Assembly (NCBI GenBank): GCA_030531555.1 | Contig: JAUNNI010000003.1 | Location: 20,130 to 84,129, forward strand | Source: Eubacteriales bacterium | GTDB taxonomy: Bacteria > Bacillota > Clostridia > Lachnospirales > Lachnospiraceae | Direction of reading: 5' to 3' | DNA length: 64,000 nt | In this document: piece after piece, positions 8,135 to 17,003 of the stretch | Layout: the number at the start of each line of letters is the position of its first letter | Position numbering within the stretch: the first letter of the stretch is position 1 | The notes under the pieces: generated by a model | What the model was told of the DNA's origin: nothing | Database searches by the model: none | Seen by the model: the letters and a program-made list of their open reading frames with translations, nothing else | Made by a program: the position numbers and the translations under genes

Positions 8135-9271
8135 TTAGCTCATCTTTGATAGAGCGATTGTAATTCCTTTAAACTTTGCTTTATCCACCAGGATTTTTCC
8201 TTTTCCAGATGCCAGATAGGAACTGGCGGTGGATACTGATAAAACACCGGTTTGTTTTGCCACAAAGTCGGATTGTTTGATTCCAAGCTCATTAATATCA
8301 AGAGCCTCGATTTCTTCGGTAGGAATTACTTTTAATGGAACATGTAAATGGTCAGCGGTAGTCAGAATTCCTGGCTCATCTGCCTTTAAAGGAATGGTGC
8401 TGATGGCATTTAAGGAAAGAGGGCTTAAGCCTTCTTTTTTTAATGTTTCAAGAAGTGCTTCTTCGATGGGAGCGGCCTCCATATTTCGTTTGCAGCCAAT
8501 CCCGGCAAAGATGGTTCTTGGACGCAGGTAGAGAACCGGGGCACCAAGTCTGCTTTCATCTTCTTCACTTAAAGTATAGCCTTCATCAATAATGACCGTA
8601 GGCATTCCATCAACTACAGATGTTGCCTCTGCCGTAGGCATTCCATCGACGACAGATGTTGCCCCTGCCATAGACAGAGCGTCTTTTGAAAGAAATTCCA
8701 ATGGGTCAGAATGATTGAACTCCTCTGAAAATCCTTCTACTGTTTTAAGGATAAACTTTCCGTCTTTCTTTCCATTTTCCAGTTCATCATCCTGAAGATC
8801 GGTGACAACTCGCACAGCTTTCCCTTCTAATAGAGCGCCGCTAATATGTTTGAGCTTTCCTATATTTTCAATGGCCATGTTTCTCTTTTTGGCAAAAGTG
8901 TCAAATGACAGTTCTCCGGCAACGTCTGTGGCGGTTGTAATAACGGCCTCACCTCCAGACAGGAATGCCATTTCGCGGGCAAGATCGTTGGCACCTCCCA
9001 AATGACCGGATAAAAGAGAGATGGCATGCTGACCTTTCTGATCTAAAACAACAACGCCTGGATCACTGGTTTTATGAACAATCAATGGTGCCAAAATGCG
9101 GACAACGATTCCTGTGGCCATAATGCAGACAAGATAGTCATAGCTTTGGAAGCCTTTTTGTAGATTCTCTTTAAAATTTTCTTTTCCATATAAATCTCCG
9201 GGATGGCCGGCAGCTAATTTTTCTGCTAAAGATTTGCCTTCCGGTGTCAGATAATAATATGCTGTGCTCAA
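8135..9271 (-). CDS. cbiG: cobalt-precorrin-5A hydrolase CbiG
   Basis: The protein reads on the reverse complement (the track's '+' is wrong). Motifs CIMATGIVVR, DPGVVVLD, ISLLSGHLGGAN, GIGCKR. Likely TTG start at 9271 behind an AGAGAGG SD. Confidence 0.92.
   Translation of the reverse strand: MSTAYYYLTPEGKSLAEKLAAGHPGDLYGKENFKENLQKGFQSYDYLVCIMATGIVVRILAPLIVHKTSDPGVVVLDQKGQHAISLLSGHLGGANDLAREMAFLSGGEAVITTATDVAGELSFDTFAKKRNMAIENIGKLKHISGALLEGKAVRVVTDLQDDELENGKKDGKFILKTVEGFSEEFNHSDPLEFLSKDALSMAGATSVVDGMPTAEATSVVDGMPTVIIDEGYTLSEEDESRLGAPVLYLRPRTIFAGIGCKRNMEAAPIEEALLETLKKEGLSPLSLNAISTIPLKADEPGILTTADHLHVPLKVIPTEEIEALDINELGIKQSDFVAKQTGVLSVSTASSYLASGKGKILVDKAKFKGITIALSKMS
8596..8667 (-). repeat. 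in-frame 36-bp tandem duplication inside cbiG
   Basis: CCGTAGGCATTCCATCAACTACAGATGTTGCCTCTG / CCGTAGGCATTCCATCGACGACAGATGTTGCCCCTG (3 differences), encoding A(G/E)ATSVVDGMPT twice. Confidence 0.95.
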
Positions 9272-9638
9272 AATAAAACCTCTCTTTTTTCTCTTTGCAT
9301 ACATAGACACTATGTATTCTCGCTGATATTTTACCATGGAAAAGGTGAAATCGCAAAAAAGACAAAAAAACCATAATTATACGATAAAATGGTAAAAAAT
9401 TGACATTGATAAAATTTCAATTGTAATATTCGACACATTTACTAGTATAAATACTATTTTGTTATGACAAAAACAATATCTTATACCCTCTATTAGGACA
9501 ATATTGTACAGATAATTGGAAAACTACCTTTAGTGAAAATATCTTTCGTGCTATAATACAAACTATATATTGGAAAATGTCGTAAATTTTCATTTTTTGT
9601 AAAAATAGAAAGAAAAAATACAATGGAGGTACATTTTT

Positions 9639-10910
9639 ATGAATATCGCAAAATCCGAAGAACTCTATAAAGTTGCCCTGGATCTGATGCCAGGTGGAGT
9701 AAACTCTCCAGTTCGTGCATTTGGTTCTGTTGGAAGAAATCCATTATTTATTGATCATGCCAAAGGTTCCCGTATCTTTGATGTGGATGGCAATGAATTT
9801 ATTGACTATGTATGTTCCTGGGGGCCTGGTATTCTTGGTCATGCTCATCCAGAAGTTATTGAGGCAGTACAGAAAGCTTGTGTGGATGGTCTTACTTTTG
9901 GTGCACCAACCAGAAAAGAAAGTGAACTTGCAGCTATGATTCGTGATTGTGTTCCTTCCATGGAACTGATGCGTATGGTTAGCTCTGGTACAGAAGCAAC
10001 CATGAGTGCAATCCGCGCAGCAAGAGGTTATACAAAGAGAGATAAAATTATCAAATTCAAAGGATGCTACCATGGTCATTCCGATGGCCTTTTGGTGCAG
10101 GCAGGCTCCGCCGCTTTGACACAGTCTGTTCCAGATAGTGCGGGAGTTCCAGCATCTTTTGCACAGCAGACATTGGTTGCTTTATACAATGACAAGGATT
10201 CTGTTCGCGAATTATTTGAAAATAACAAAGACCAGATTGCAGCTCTCATCGTTGAGCCTGTTGCAGCTAATATGGGTGTTGTTTTACCAGAAGAAGGTTT
10301 CTTGGAATTTTTACGTGAGATCACAGCAGAAAACGGTACCGTTTTGATTTTCGATGAAGTTATCACAGGCTTCCGTCTCAGTGTTGGTGGTGCTCAGGCA
10401 TGGTATAATATCGATCCGGACCTCACCACATTTGGTAAGATTGTCGGTGGTGGTATGCCAATGGCAGTTTATGGTGGCAAGAAAGAAATCATGAAAAATG
10501 TGGCACCAACCGGTAAAGTTTACCAGGCTGGAACACTCTCTGGTAATCCAATCGCAACCACAGCCGGAATCAAAACTTTACAGCTTCTCATGGATCATCC
10601 GGAAGTTTATACAAAGATTGAAGCAAATGCGAAAAAATTAGCAGAGGCATTCAAGATGCGTGCCCAGCAGAAGAACATTCCACTTCATGTAAATCAGGTT
10701 GGATCTTTACTTTGTGCATTCCACACAGCAGAAAATGTAAAAGACTACACTGGTGCATTATCTTCCGATACAGCTGCTTATGCAAGCTATTTTGGTGACA
10801 TGCTTGAATCCGGCATCTACGTAGCACCATCCCAGTTTGAGGCCATGTTCGTATCCGGAGCACATTCTGACGAAGATATTGCAAGAACCATCGAAGCAAT
10901 TTTGAAATAA
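9639..10910 (+). CDS. hemL: glutamate-1-semialdehyde 2,1-aminomutase
   Basis: PGGVNSPVRAF, SSGTEATMSAIR, GCYHGH, FDEVITGFR, TFGKIVGGG (PLP lysine). Confidence 0.97.
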   Translation: MNIAKSEELYKVALDLMPGGVNSPVRAFGSVGRNPLFIDHAKGSRIFDVDGNEFIDYVCSWGPGILGHAHPEVIEAVQKACVDGLTFGAPTRKESELAAMIRDCVPSMELMRMVSSGTEATMSAIRAARGYTKRDKIIKFKGCYHGHSDGLLVQAGSAALTQSVPDSAGVPASFAQQTLVALYNDKDSVRELFENNKDQIAALIVEPVAANMGVVLPEEGFLEFLREITAENGTVLIFDEVITGFRLSVGGAQAWYNIDPDLTTFGKIVGGGMPMAVYGGKKEIMKNVAPTGKVYQAGTLSGNPIATTAGIKTLQLLMDHPEVYTKIEANAKKLAEAFKMRAQQKNIPLHVNQVGSLLCAFHTAENVKDYTGALSSDTAAYASYFGDMLESGIYVAPSQFEAMFVSGAHSDEDIARTIEAILK

Positions 10911-11037
10911 TCGGATGACATCTGGCTTGTAGCAAAAACAGTCTCATTATTTTTGGAAAAAACATCATAATTTACATATAAAACATAGAAAAAGGCATTC
11001 GACAATGGGATGTCAAAAAGAAAGGAAACAGAAGAAA

Positions 11038-11790
11038 ATGGTACATTTTATTGGAGCGGGTCCTGGAGATCCAGAGTTATTAACAATCAAAGGCAAACGT
11101 TTAATTGATAATGCAGATGTTATCATCTATGCAGGATCTTTAGTAAATAAAGAGGTTCTTGCCGGAGCAAAAGAAGGCGCAAAGATTTATAACAGCGCAA
11201 GCATGACTTTAGAAGAAGTTATCGAAGTTATGAAAGATGCCGAAGCAAAAGGTTTAGATACTTGCCGTGTTCATACTGGTGACCCTGCTATCTTTGGTGC
11301 TCACAGAGAACAGATGGATGAATTAGATCGTCTTGGTATTGCCCATGAAGTTATTCCAGGCGTAAGTTCCTTCCTTGCAACTGCAGCAGCATTACAGAAA
11401 GAATACACACTTCCAGGTGTATCTCAGACAGTCATCCTTACCAGAATGGAAGGAAGAACTCCAATGCCACCAAAGGAAAAATTAAGAGATCTTGCAAAAC
11501 ATAATTCTACAATGATCATCTTCTTAAGTGTTGGTATGATCGATCAGTTAGCAGATACATTAAAAGAAGAATACCGCGAAGATACACCAGTTGCTGTTGT
11601 TTACAAGGCATCCTGGGAAGATCAGAAGATTGTGATCGGAAATCTTACTAACATTGCTGAAAAAGTAAAAGAAGCAGGCATCACAAAGACAGCTCTCACT
11701 GTTGTTGGTGATTTCCTTGGAGATGAATACGAACTTTCCAAATTATATGATAAAACATTTACACACGAATTCAGAACAGCGAAGGAATAA
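11038..11790 (+). CDS. cbiF: cobalt-precorrin-4 C11-methyltransferase
   Basis: MVHFIGAGPGDPELLTIKG, YAGSLV, RVHTGDP, SQTVILTR. Confidence 0.95.
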   Translation: MVHFIGAGPGDPELLTIKGKRLIDNADVIIYAGSLVNKEVLAGAKEGAKIYNSASMTLEEVIEVMKDAEAKGLDTCRVHTGDPAIFGAHREQMDELDRLGIAHEVIPGVSSFLATAAALQKEYTLPGVSQTVILTRMEGRTPMPPKEKLRDLAKHNSTMIIFLSVGMIDQLADTLKEEYREDTPVAVVYKASWEDQKIVIGNLTNIAEKVKEAGITKTALTVVGDFLGDEYELSKLYDKTFTHEFRTAKE

Positions 11791-11792
11791 AA

Positions 11793-12971
11793 ATGGGAAT
11801 TCAGATAATTAGCATCAGTCATAAGATTGCACCGCTTGCTGTCAGAGAATTGTTTGCTTTTACACAAGAACAACAGGATAGCATCATGAAAAAAATGATC
11901 GCTCATCTCGAAGTGACGGAGTGTGTTGTTCTTTCCACATGCAACCGTACGGAAGTTTATGTGTATGCAGATTCTGATAGTACAGGAAATGTATATCGAA
12001 TCATGGAAGAAGTGCTTTTACAGGAAGCAGGAGCCGAAGATGTGGAAGAAATCGGTGATTATCTTCTTTTCTATCATGGTAAAAAAGCCATTCATCACCT
12101 TTTCCAGGTGGCTTCTGGTTTGGATTCCATGGTAATTGGAGAAGATCAGATTTTAGGACAGGTAAAAACTGCCCATAAAAACGCCAGAGAAATTGGTACA
12201 ACCGGCGTATTTTTGAACACCTTCTTCCGCATGGCCATCACTGCTTCAAAAAAGGTAAAGACCGATACGGATCTTTCTCGCACTTCCGTTTCCACAGCGA
12301 CACTGGCCCTTAAGGTGGCAGAAGAAAAGCTGGGAACGTTGACTGGCAAAAAATTGATGATCATCGGTGCCACTGGCAAGATTGGCGGCATCGTTCTCAT
12401 GAATGCCATGTCAGGCTATGATGCAGAGATATATGTGACAACAAGAAGCAACAAAGTGATTAGCACAAAGCATGGTCAGGATGATTTCATTATGATTGAA
12501 TACGAAGATCGTTATGAATACCTTGATCAGATGGATGTGGTAATCAGTGCCACAGCAAGTCCACATTACACATTGACATTTAACAAGATGAAAAAACAGC
12601 TTGTCACAGAAAAAACACGTGTCTTTGTGGATCTGGCAGTTCCGATGGATATCGATTCTAAGATCGATACCATAGAACAATGTTTCTATTTTAATATTGA
12701 TGATTTTACAAGAATCGCCATTGAGAATAACCAGAAGAAGATGATGGAAGCAGAAGTGGCCAGCACGATTCTTGGGGAATACGAATTACAGTTTGAACAA
12801 TGGATGGTTTTCCAGAAATCCCTCTCCATCATGAATAACGTAAGAGATAATTTCATGAAGGTGACAGAACATAAGGGTGTGGAGAAGGCCTTTGACCATC
12901 TCTTTTATTGGGTAAGAGAGAACAACACACCGGAAGACCTCGAGATCTTTTTCAAATGTCTCGACCATTAG
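11793..12971 (+). CDS. hemA: glutamyl-tRNA reductase
   Basis: ISHKIAPLAVRE, LSTCNRTE (catalytic Cys), GLDSMVIGEDQILGQVK, DLAVPMDI. Confidence 0.95.
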   Translation: MGIQIISISHKIAPLAVRELFAFTQEQQDSIMKKMIAHLEVTECVVLSTCNRTEVYVYADSDSTGNVYRIMEEVLLQEAGAEDVEEIGDYLLFYHGKKAIHHLFQVASGLDSMVIGEDQILGQVKTAHKNAREIGTTGVFLNTFFRMAITASKKVKTDTDLSRTSVSTATLALKVAEEKLGTLTGKKLMIIGATGKIGGIVLMNAMSGYDAEIYVTTRSNKVISTKHGQDDFIMIEYEDRYEYLDQMDVVISATASPHYTLTFNKMKKQLVTEKTRVFVDLAVPMDIDSKIDTIEQCFYFNIDDFTRIAIENNQKKMMEAEVASTILGEYELQFEQWMVFQKSLSIMNNVRDNFMKVTEHKGVEKAFDHLFYWVRENNTPEDLEIFFKCLDH

Positions 12972-12989
12972 AATCAGGAGGAGAAAAAA

Positions 12990-13748
12990 ATGGGTAAATT
13001 ATACGCAGTTGGTTTTGGACCAGGCGGCATCGAACACATGACACAGAAAGCGATTGATGTAATCAAAGAAGCTGATGTGATCACAGGATATACAACATAT
13101 GTTGACATGATGAAAAAATACTTCCCGGATAAGGAATACATTTCCACAGCTATGACTAAGGAAATGGATCGTTGCCGTATGGCAGTAGATCTTGCAGAAG
13201 AAGGTAAAACAGTAGCGATGATCAGCTCCGGCGACAGCGGAATCTACGGTATGGCTGGAATTCTTCTTGAAATCAAAAATGAGAAGAAATCTGACGTGGA
13301 AATCGAGACCGTTCCAGGTGTGACAGCAGCAAGTGCAGCAGCTTCCGTTTTAGGTGCTCCTTTAATGCACGATTTTACTGTTATCAGCTTAAGCGACCTT
13401 ATGACACCACTTAACCGCATCATGAAGAGAATCGACTGTGCAGGTCAGGGCGATTTCATCGTATGTCTCTACAATCCAAAGAGCAAAAAACGTGCGGATT
13501 ATTTAAAGAGAGCAGCAGATATTCTTATGATCTACCGTGAAGATGATACACCAGTTGGTGTTGTTCGTAATGCAGGTCGTGAAGACGAATCTTCCTATAT
13601 TACAACACTTGGAGAACTGGAAAATGCACCAGTAGATATGTTCAGTATCGTTATCATTGGTAATTCCAACACTTATGTAAAAGACGGAAAAATGATCACA
13701 CCACGTGGATATCAGGATAAATACGGTTTTGTATCCGACGATAAATAG
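12990..13748 (+). CDS. cbiH: cobalt-factor III/precorrin-3B C17-methyltransferase
   Basis: VGFGPG, SSGDSGIYGMAG, APLMHDF, LYNPKSKKR, MITPRGY. Confidence 0.95.
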   Translation: MGKLYAVGFGPGGIEHMTQKAIDVIKEADVITGYTTYVDMMKKYFPDKEYISTAMTKEMDRCRMAVDLAEEGKTVAMISSGDSGIYGMAGILLEIKNEKKSDVEIETVPGVTAASAAASVLGAPLMHDFTVISLSDLMTPLNRIMKRIDCAGQGDFIVCLYNPKSKKRADYLKRAADILMIYREDDTPVGVVRNAGREDESSYITTLGELENAPVDMFSIVIIGNSNTYVKDGKMITPRGYQDKYGFVSDDK

Positions 13749-13757
13749 GAGGAACAG

Positions 13758-16178
13758 ATGAGTAATTCCATTAAGATTGGCACAAGAAAAAGCCAGCTTG
13801 CTTTGATTCAGACAGAGATTGTAAAGAATCGAATTCTGCAGGCCTTTCCTGAAAAAACAGTGGAAATCGTAAAGATTGACACAAAGGGTGATCAGATTTT
13901 AGATAAATCCCTGACATCTTTTGGCGGTAAGGGTGTATTTACTGCAGAATTAGAAGCAGAGCTCTTATCCGGACAGATTGATATTGCTGTTCACAGTGCG
14001 AAGGATATGCCGATGGAGTTTCCGGAAGGATTAGGAATTGGGGCAGCTTTAGAACGTGCGGACATTCGTGATTGTTTTGTTACAACAAATGGCATGAAAT
14101 TAGCGGATCTTGCACCAGGCAGTATTGTTGGAACCAGCTCCCTTCGCCGTGAGCTTCTCATTAAAGAAATCAATCCATATGTTCAGATTCGTATGCTTCG
14201 TGGCAATGTGCAGACAAGACTTCGCAAATTAAAAGAAGGTCAGTATGACGGTATCATTCTTGCAGCAGCAGGAATTGAACGTCTGGAATACACAGAGATG
14301 GAAGGAGTTCATTTCGAATACATGGATCCGGAACAGTTCCTTCCAGCGGCAGGACAGGGAATTCTTGCGGTGGAATGTCGCGAGGATGACCAGGAGATGG
14401 CAAATGTTTTGGCAGCCATCAATTGTGAAGAAGCAGCATGTCTTCTCGAGGCAGAGCGTAATTTCTTAAAGACCATCGGTGGCAGCTGTAATGCTCCAGC
14501 AGCAGGCTTCTGTAAAGAAAACGATGGCAGCTTCACCATGCATGCCATGTATGTAAAAGATGGTGTTCATGGCAAAAAAGCTGTGAAATCAGTGGAGATT
14601 CCAGAAGGAGCCAGCGCAGAAGAGAAAAAAGCTTTGGCAGGTGACCTTGGAAAATCCATTGCCAAAGAAGTAAATAAAGGCATGGTTTATTTGGTAGGTG
14701 CCGGTCCTGGAGATGAAGATTTATTTACCAGAAAGGGACTTCGTCTCATCCAGCAGGCGGACGTTGTGGTTTATGACAATTTAGCTTCCAGCTCCCTTTT
14801 AAATGAAGTGAGAGACGATGCAGAACTGATCTATGCCGGCAAACGTTCTTCCCACCACCATCTGAAACAGTATGAAACCAATCAGCTCTTAGTTGAGCTT
14901 GCTTTAGAAGGCAAAAATGTAGTTCGTTTAAAAGGTGGAGATCCTTATATTTTCGGCCGTGGCGGCGAAGAAGGACAGGAACTTCGCGAAGCAGGTGTAG
15001 ATTTTGAAGTGGTTCCAGGAATTTCTTCCTCCTACTCCGTACCAGCTTATTGCGGTATTCCGGTAACACACCGTGATTTTGCTTCCTCCTTCCATGTGAT
15101 CACAGGCCATGAAGGCAACCATAAAAACGGAGCTACTGTATTAAATTATGAAACACTGGCTAAAGAAGAAGGTACTTTAATCTTCCTCATGGGCCTTAAA
15201 AACCTTCCAAATATCGTGGCTTCCCTCATGGCAAATGGAAAAGATCCAGAAACACCAGTGGGCGTTCTTCAGGAAGGAACCACTGCAAGACAGCGTGTGG
15301 CAACCGGAAGATTATGCGACATTGTGGAAATTGTAAAAAGAGAAGGCATCCAGACACCAGCCATCACCGTAGTTGGTGATGTGGTAGGTCTTAGAGATGT
15401 GCTTAACTGGTATGGTATGAAGCCATTATCCGGACAGCGTGTCATTGTAACTGGCAGCCGTTCCATGGTGGACCGTTTATCCCCAATTTTAAAAGAGGAG
15501 GGTGCGGAAGCCATTTCCTTCAGCCTCATTCGTACGGAGGCTTTAGAAAGTCCAGAATTTACCAAAGCCATTGAAGAGATTGATACTTATACCTGGGCTG
15601 TGTTCACCAGTGCCAACGGAGTGGATTGTTTCTTTGACAAAATGAAAGAACTCCGCAAAGATATCCGAAGCTTCGCCAATGTGAAATTCGCAGTGATCGG
15701 CGATGGCACAAGAAAGGCTTTGGAAGAGCACGGTATTTTCAGCGACTTTATTCCAACGGCGTATTCTTCCAAAGATATGGCAGAAAGCATGATCCCACTT
15801 CTTAAGAAAGAGGACCGCGTGCTTCTCCTCCGTGCGGAAGAGGCCAATGAAGTCCTTCCAAATGCTTTGGGAGAAGCTGGCATTGACCATACAACCATTT
15901 CCTTATATCACACGGTATATGATATGAGAAAAGCAGAAGAATTGGGACGCCTTGTGAAGTCTGCCGACTATATTACATTTGCAAGTTCCTCTGCAGTGAA
16001 GGCATTTGTGGAAATGGTGGATGACCTTGACAGTGTATGCGGAAAATACATTAGTATCGGTCCGGTTACCACAAAAACAGCAGAAAAGTCTGGCCTTACC
16101 GTGGCAAAGACTGCAATTTCCTACACAGCAAAAGGAATCGTGGACGTCATCCGTCAGGATGTGGAAGAGAATCGATAA
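13758..16178 (+). CDS. hemC-cobA-hemD: trifunctional fusion: hydroxymethylbilane synthase + uroporphyrinogen-III C-methyltransferase + uroporphyrinogen-III synthase
   Basis: HemC: IGTRKSQLA, AVHSAKD, GTSSLRR, RGNVQTR, GGSC. CobA: LVGAGPGD, RLKGGDPYIFGRGGEE, IPVTHR. HemD: VFTSANGV, IGDGT, TFASSSAV, SIGPVT. One uninterrupted ORF. Confidence 0.93.
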   Translation: MSNSIKIGTRKSQLALIQTEIVKNRILQAFPEKTVEIVKIDTKGDQILDKSLTSFGGKGVFTAELEAELLSGQIDIAVHSAKDMPMEFPEGLGIGAALERADIRDCFVTTNGMKLADLAPGSIVGTSSLRRELLIKEINPYVQIRMLRGNVQTRLRKLKEGQYDGIILAAAGIERLEYTEMEGVHFEYMDPEQFLPAAGQGILAVECREDDQEMANVLAAINCEEAACLLEAERNFLKTIGGSCNAPAAGFCKENDGSFTMHAMYVKDGVHGKKAVKSVEIPEGASAEEKKALAGDLGKSIAKEVNKGMVYLVGAGPGDEDLFTRKGLRLIQQADVVVYDNLASSSLLNEVRDDAELIYAGKRSSHHHLKQYETNQLLVELALEGKNVVRLKGGDPYIFGRGGEEGQELREAGVDFEVVPGISSSYSVPAYCGIPVTHRDFASSFHVITGHEGNHKNGATVLNYETLAKEEGTLIFLMGLKNLPNIVASLMANGKDPETPVGVLQEGTTARQRVATGRLCDIVEIVKREGIQTPAITVVGDVVGLRDVLNWYGMKPLSGQRVIVTGSRSMVDRLSPILKEEGAEAISFSLIRTEALESPEFTKAIEEIDTYTWAVFTSANGVDCFFDKMKELRKDIRSFANVKFAVIGDGTRKALEEHGIFSDFIPTAYSSKDMAESMIPLLKKEDRVLLLRAEEANEVLPNALGEAGIDHTTISLYHTVYDMRKAEELGRLVKSADYITFASSSAVKAFVEMVDDLDSVCGKYISIGPVTTKTAEKSGLTVAKTAISYTAKGIVDVIRQDVEENR

Positions 16179-16193
16179 GATAGAGGAAGTAGC

Positions 16194-16991
16194 ATGAAAA
16201 CACAAATCAAACGTTTTTTATTAACCCTTGGATTTATGACAAGAATTCCGGTTAATGTGGACCTTGGAGAAGTCAAGGATGAAGATATGCACAAAGGATT
16301 TCTCTACTATCCGGTGGTGGGTCTTATCATCGGTTTGGTGGATGTCATTGTGTATCTTCTGGTGACTTTGATTCTTCCGGAAATCTTTGGAATTATATTT
16401 GCCATGCTGGCAAATTTCTGTGTGACAGGAGCCTTTCATCTTGATGGGCTTTCTGACACAGCCGATGGCATCTATTCTGCGAGAACCAGAGAACGTATGC
16501 TTGAAATCATGAAGGACAGCCGTATCGGAACGAACGGTGCCATCGCCATGTGCTTTGACATCGCACTTAAGTTCTGTGGGCTTGCCGCTTTTGAAGGTTG
16601 GCAGATTCCTCTGATGATCCTCATGATGCCAATCGCCGGCAAAATGGTTCAGGGTGCCATCGTATATAAAGCAATCTACCCTAGAAAGACAGGAATTGGT
16701 ATTTACGTAGGTACCGTAAGTCTTGGAACTGTCATTGGAACCATGATTTTGGGAATCGTTGCCATGGTGGCAGCATTCTCCTTCTGGGGACTTGGAATAT
16801 TTGCTATTTTATTTATATTTGCCTATCTTTTCCGTGTGTATATCACGGGCAAGATCGGAGGAATTACCGGAGATATCATGGGAGCGGGAAGTGAGCTTAG
16901 TGAAGTTCTTCTTCTCATGGTGGTTCTTGTGATCGTGAGATTCTGGGGATTCCCAATGGGACTTGGCAGTCTTCTCGCCGGGTTATTGTAA
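16194..16991 (+). CDS. cobS: adenosylcobinamide-GDP ribazoletransferase (cobamide synthase)
   Basis: FMTRIP, HLDGLSDTADG, IMKDSRIGTNG, GGITGDIMGA; multi-TM. Confidence 0.95.
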   Translation: MKTQIKRFLLTLGFMTRIPVNVDLGEVKDEDMHKGFLYYPVVGLIIGLVDVIVYLLVTLILPEIFGIIFAMLANFCVTGAFHLDGLSDTADGIYSARTRERMLEIMKDSRIGTNGAIAMCFDIALKFCGLAAFEGWQIPLMILMMPIAGKMVQGAIVYKAIYPRKTGIGIYVGTVSLGTVIGTMILGIVAMVAAFSFWGLGIFAILFIFAYLFRVYITGKIGGITGDIMGAGSELSEVLLLMVVLVIVRFWGFPMGLGSLLAGLL

Positions 16992-17003
16992 CAAGAAAGA
17001 AGG

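Noticed and set aside
8181-8189. TTATCCACC as a DnaA box
   Set aside because: Single mismatched copy inside a coding sequence, with no cluster.
8135-9337. ORF track lists the 400-aa CbiG ORF as + strand
   Set aside because: The peptide is encoded on the reverse complement (8135-8137 TTA = stop TAA). Reported as minus strand with a later start.
8100-9420. cbiG as an invertible (phase-variable) cassette
   Set aside because: No matching inverted repeats on the two flanks and no recombinase in the window.
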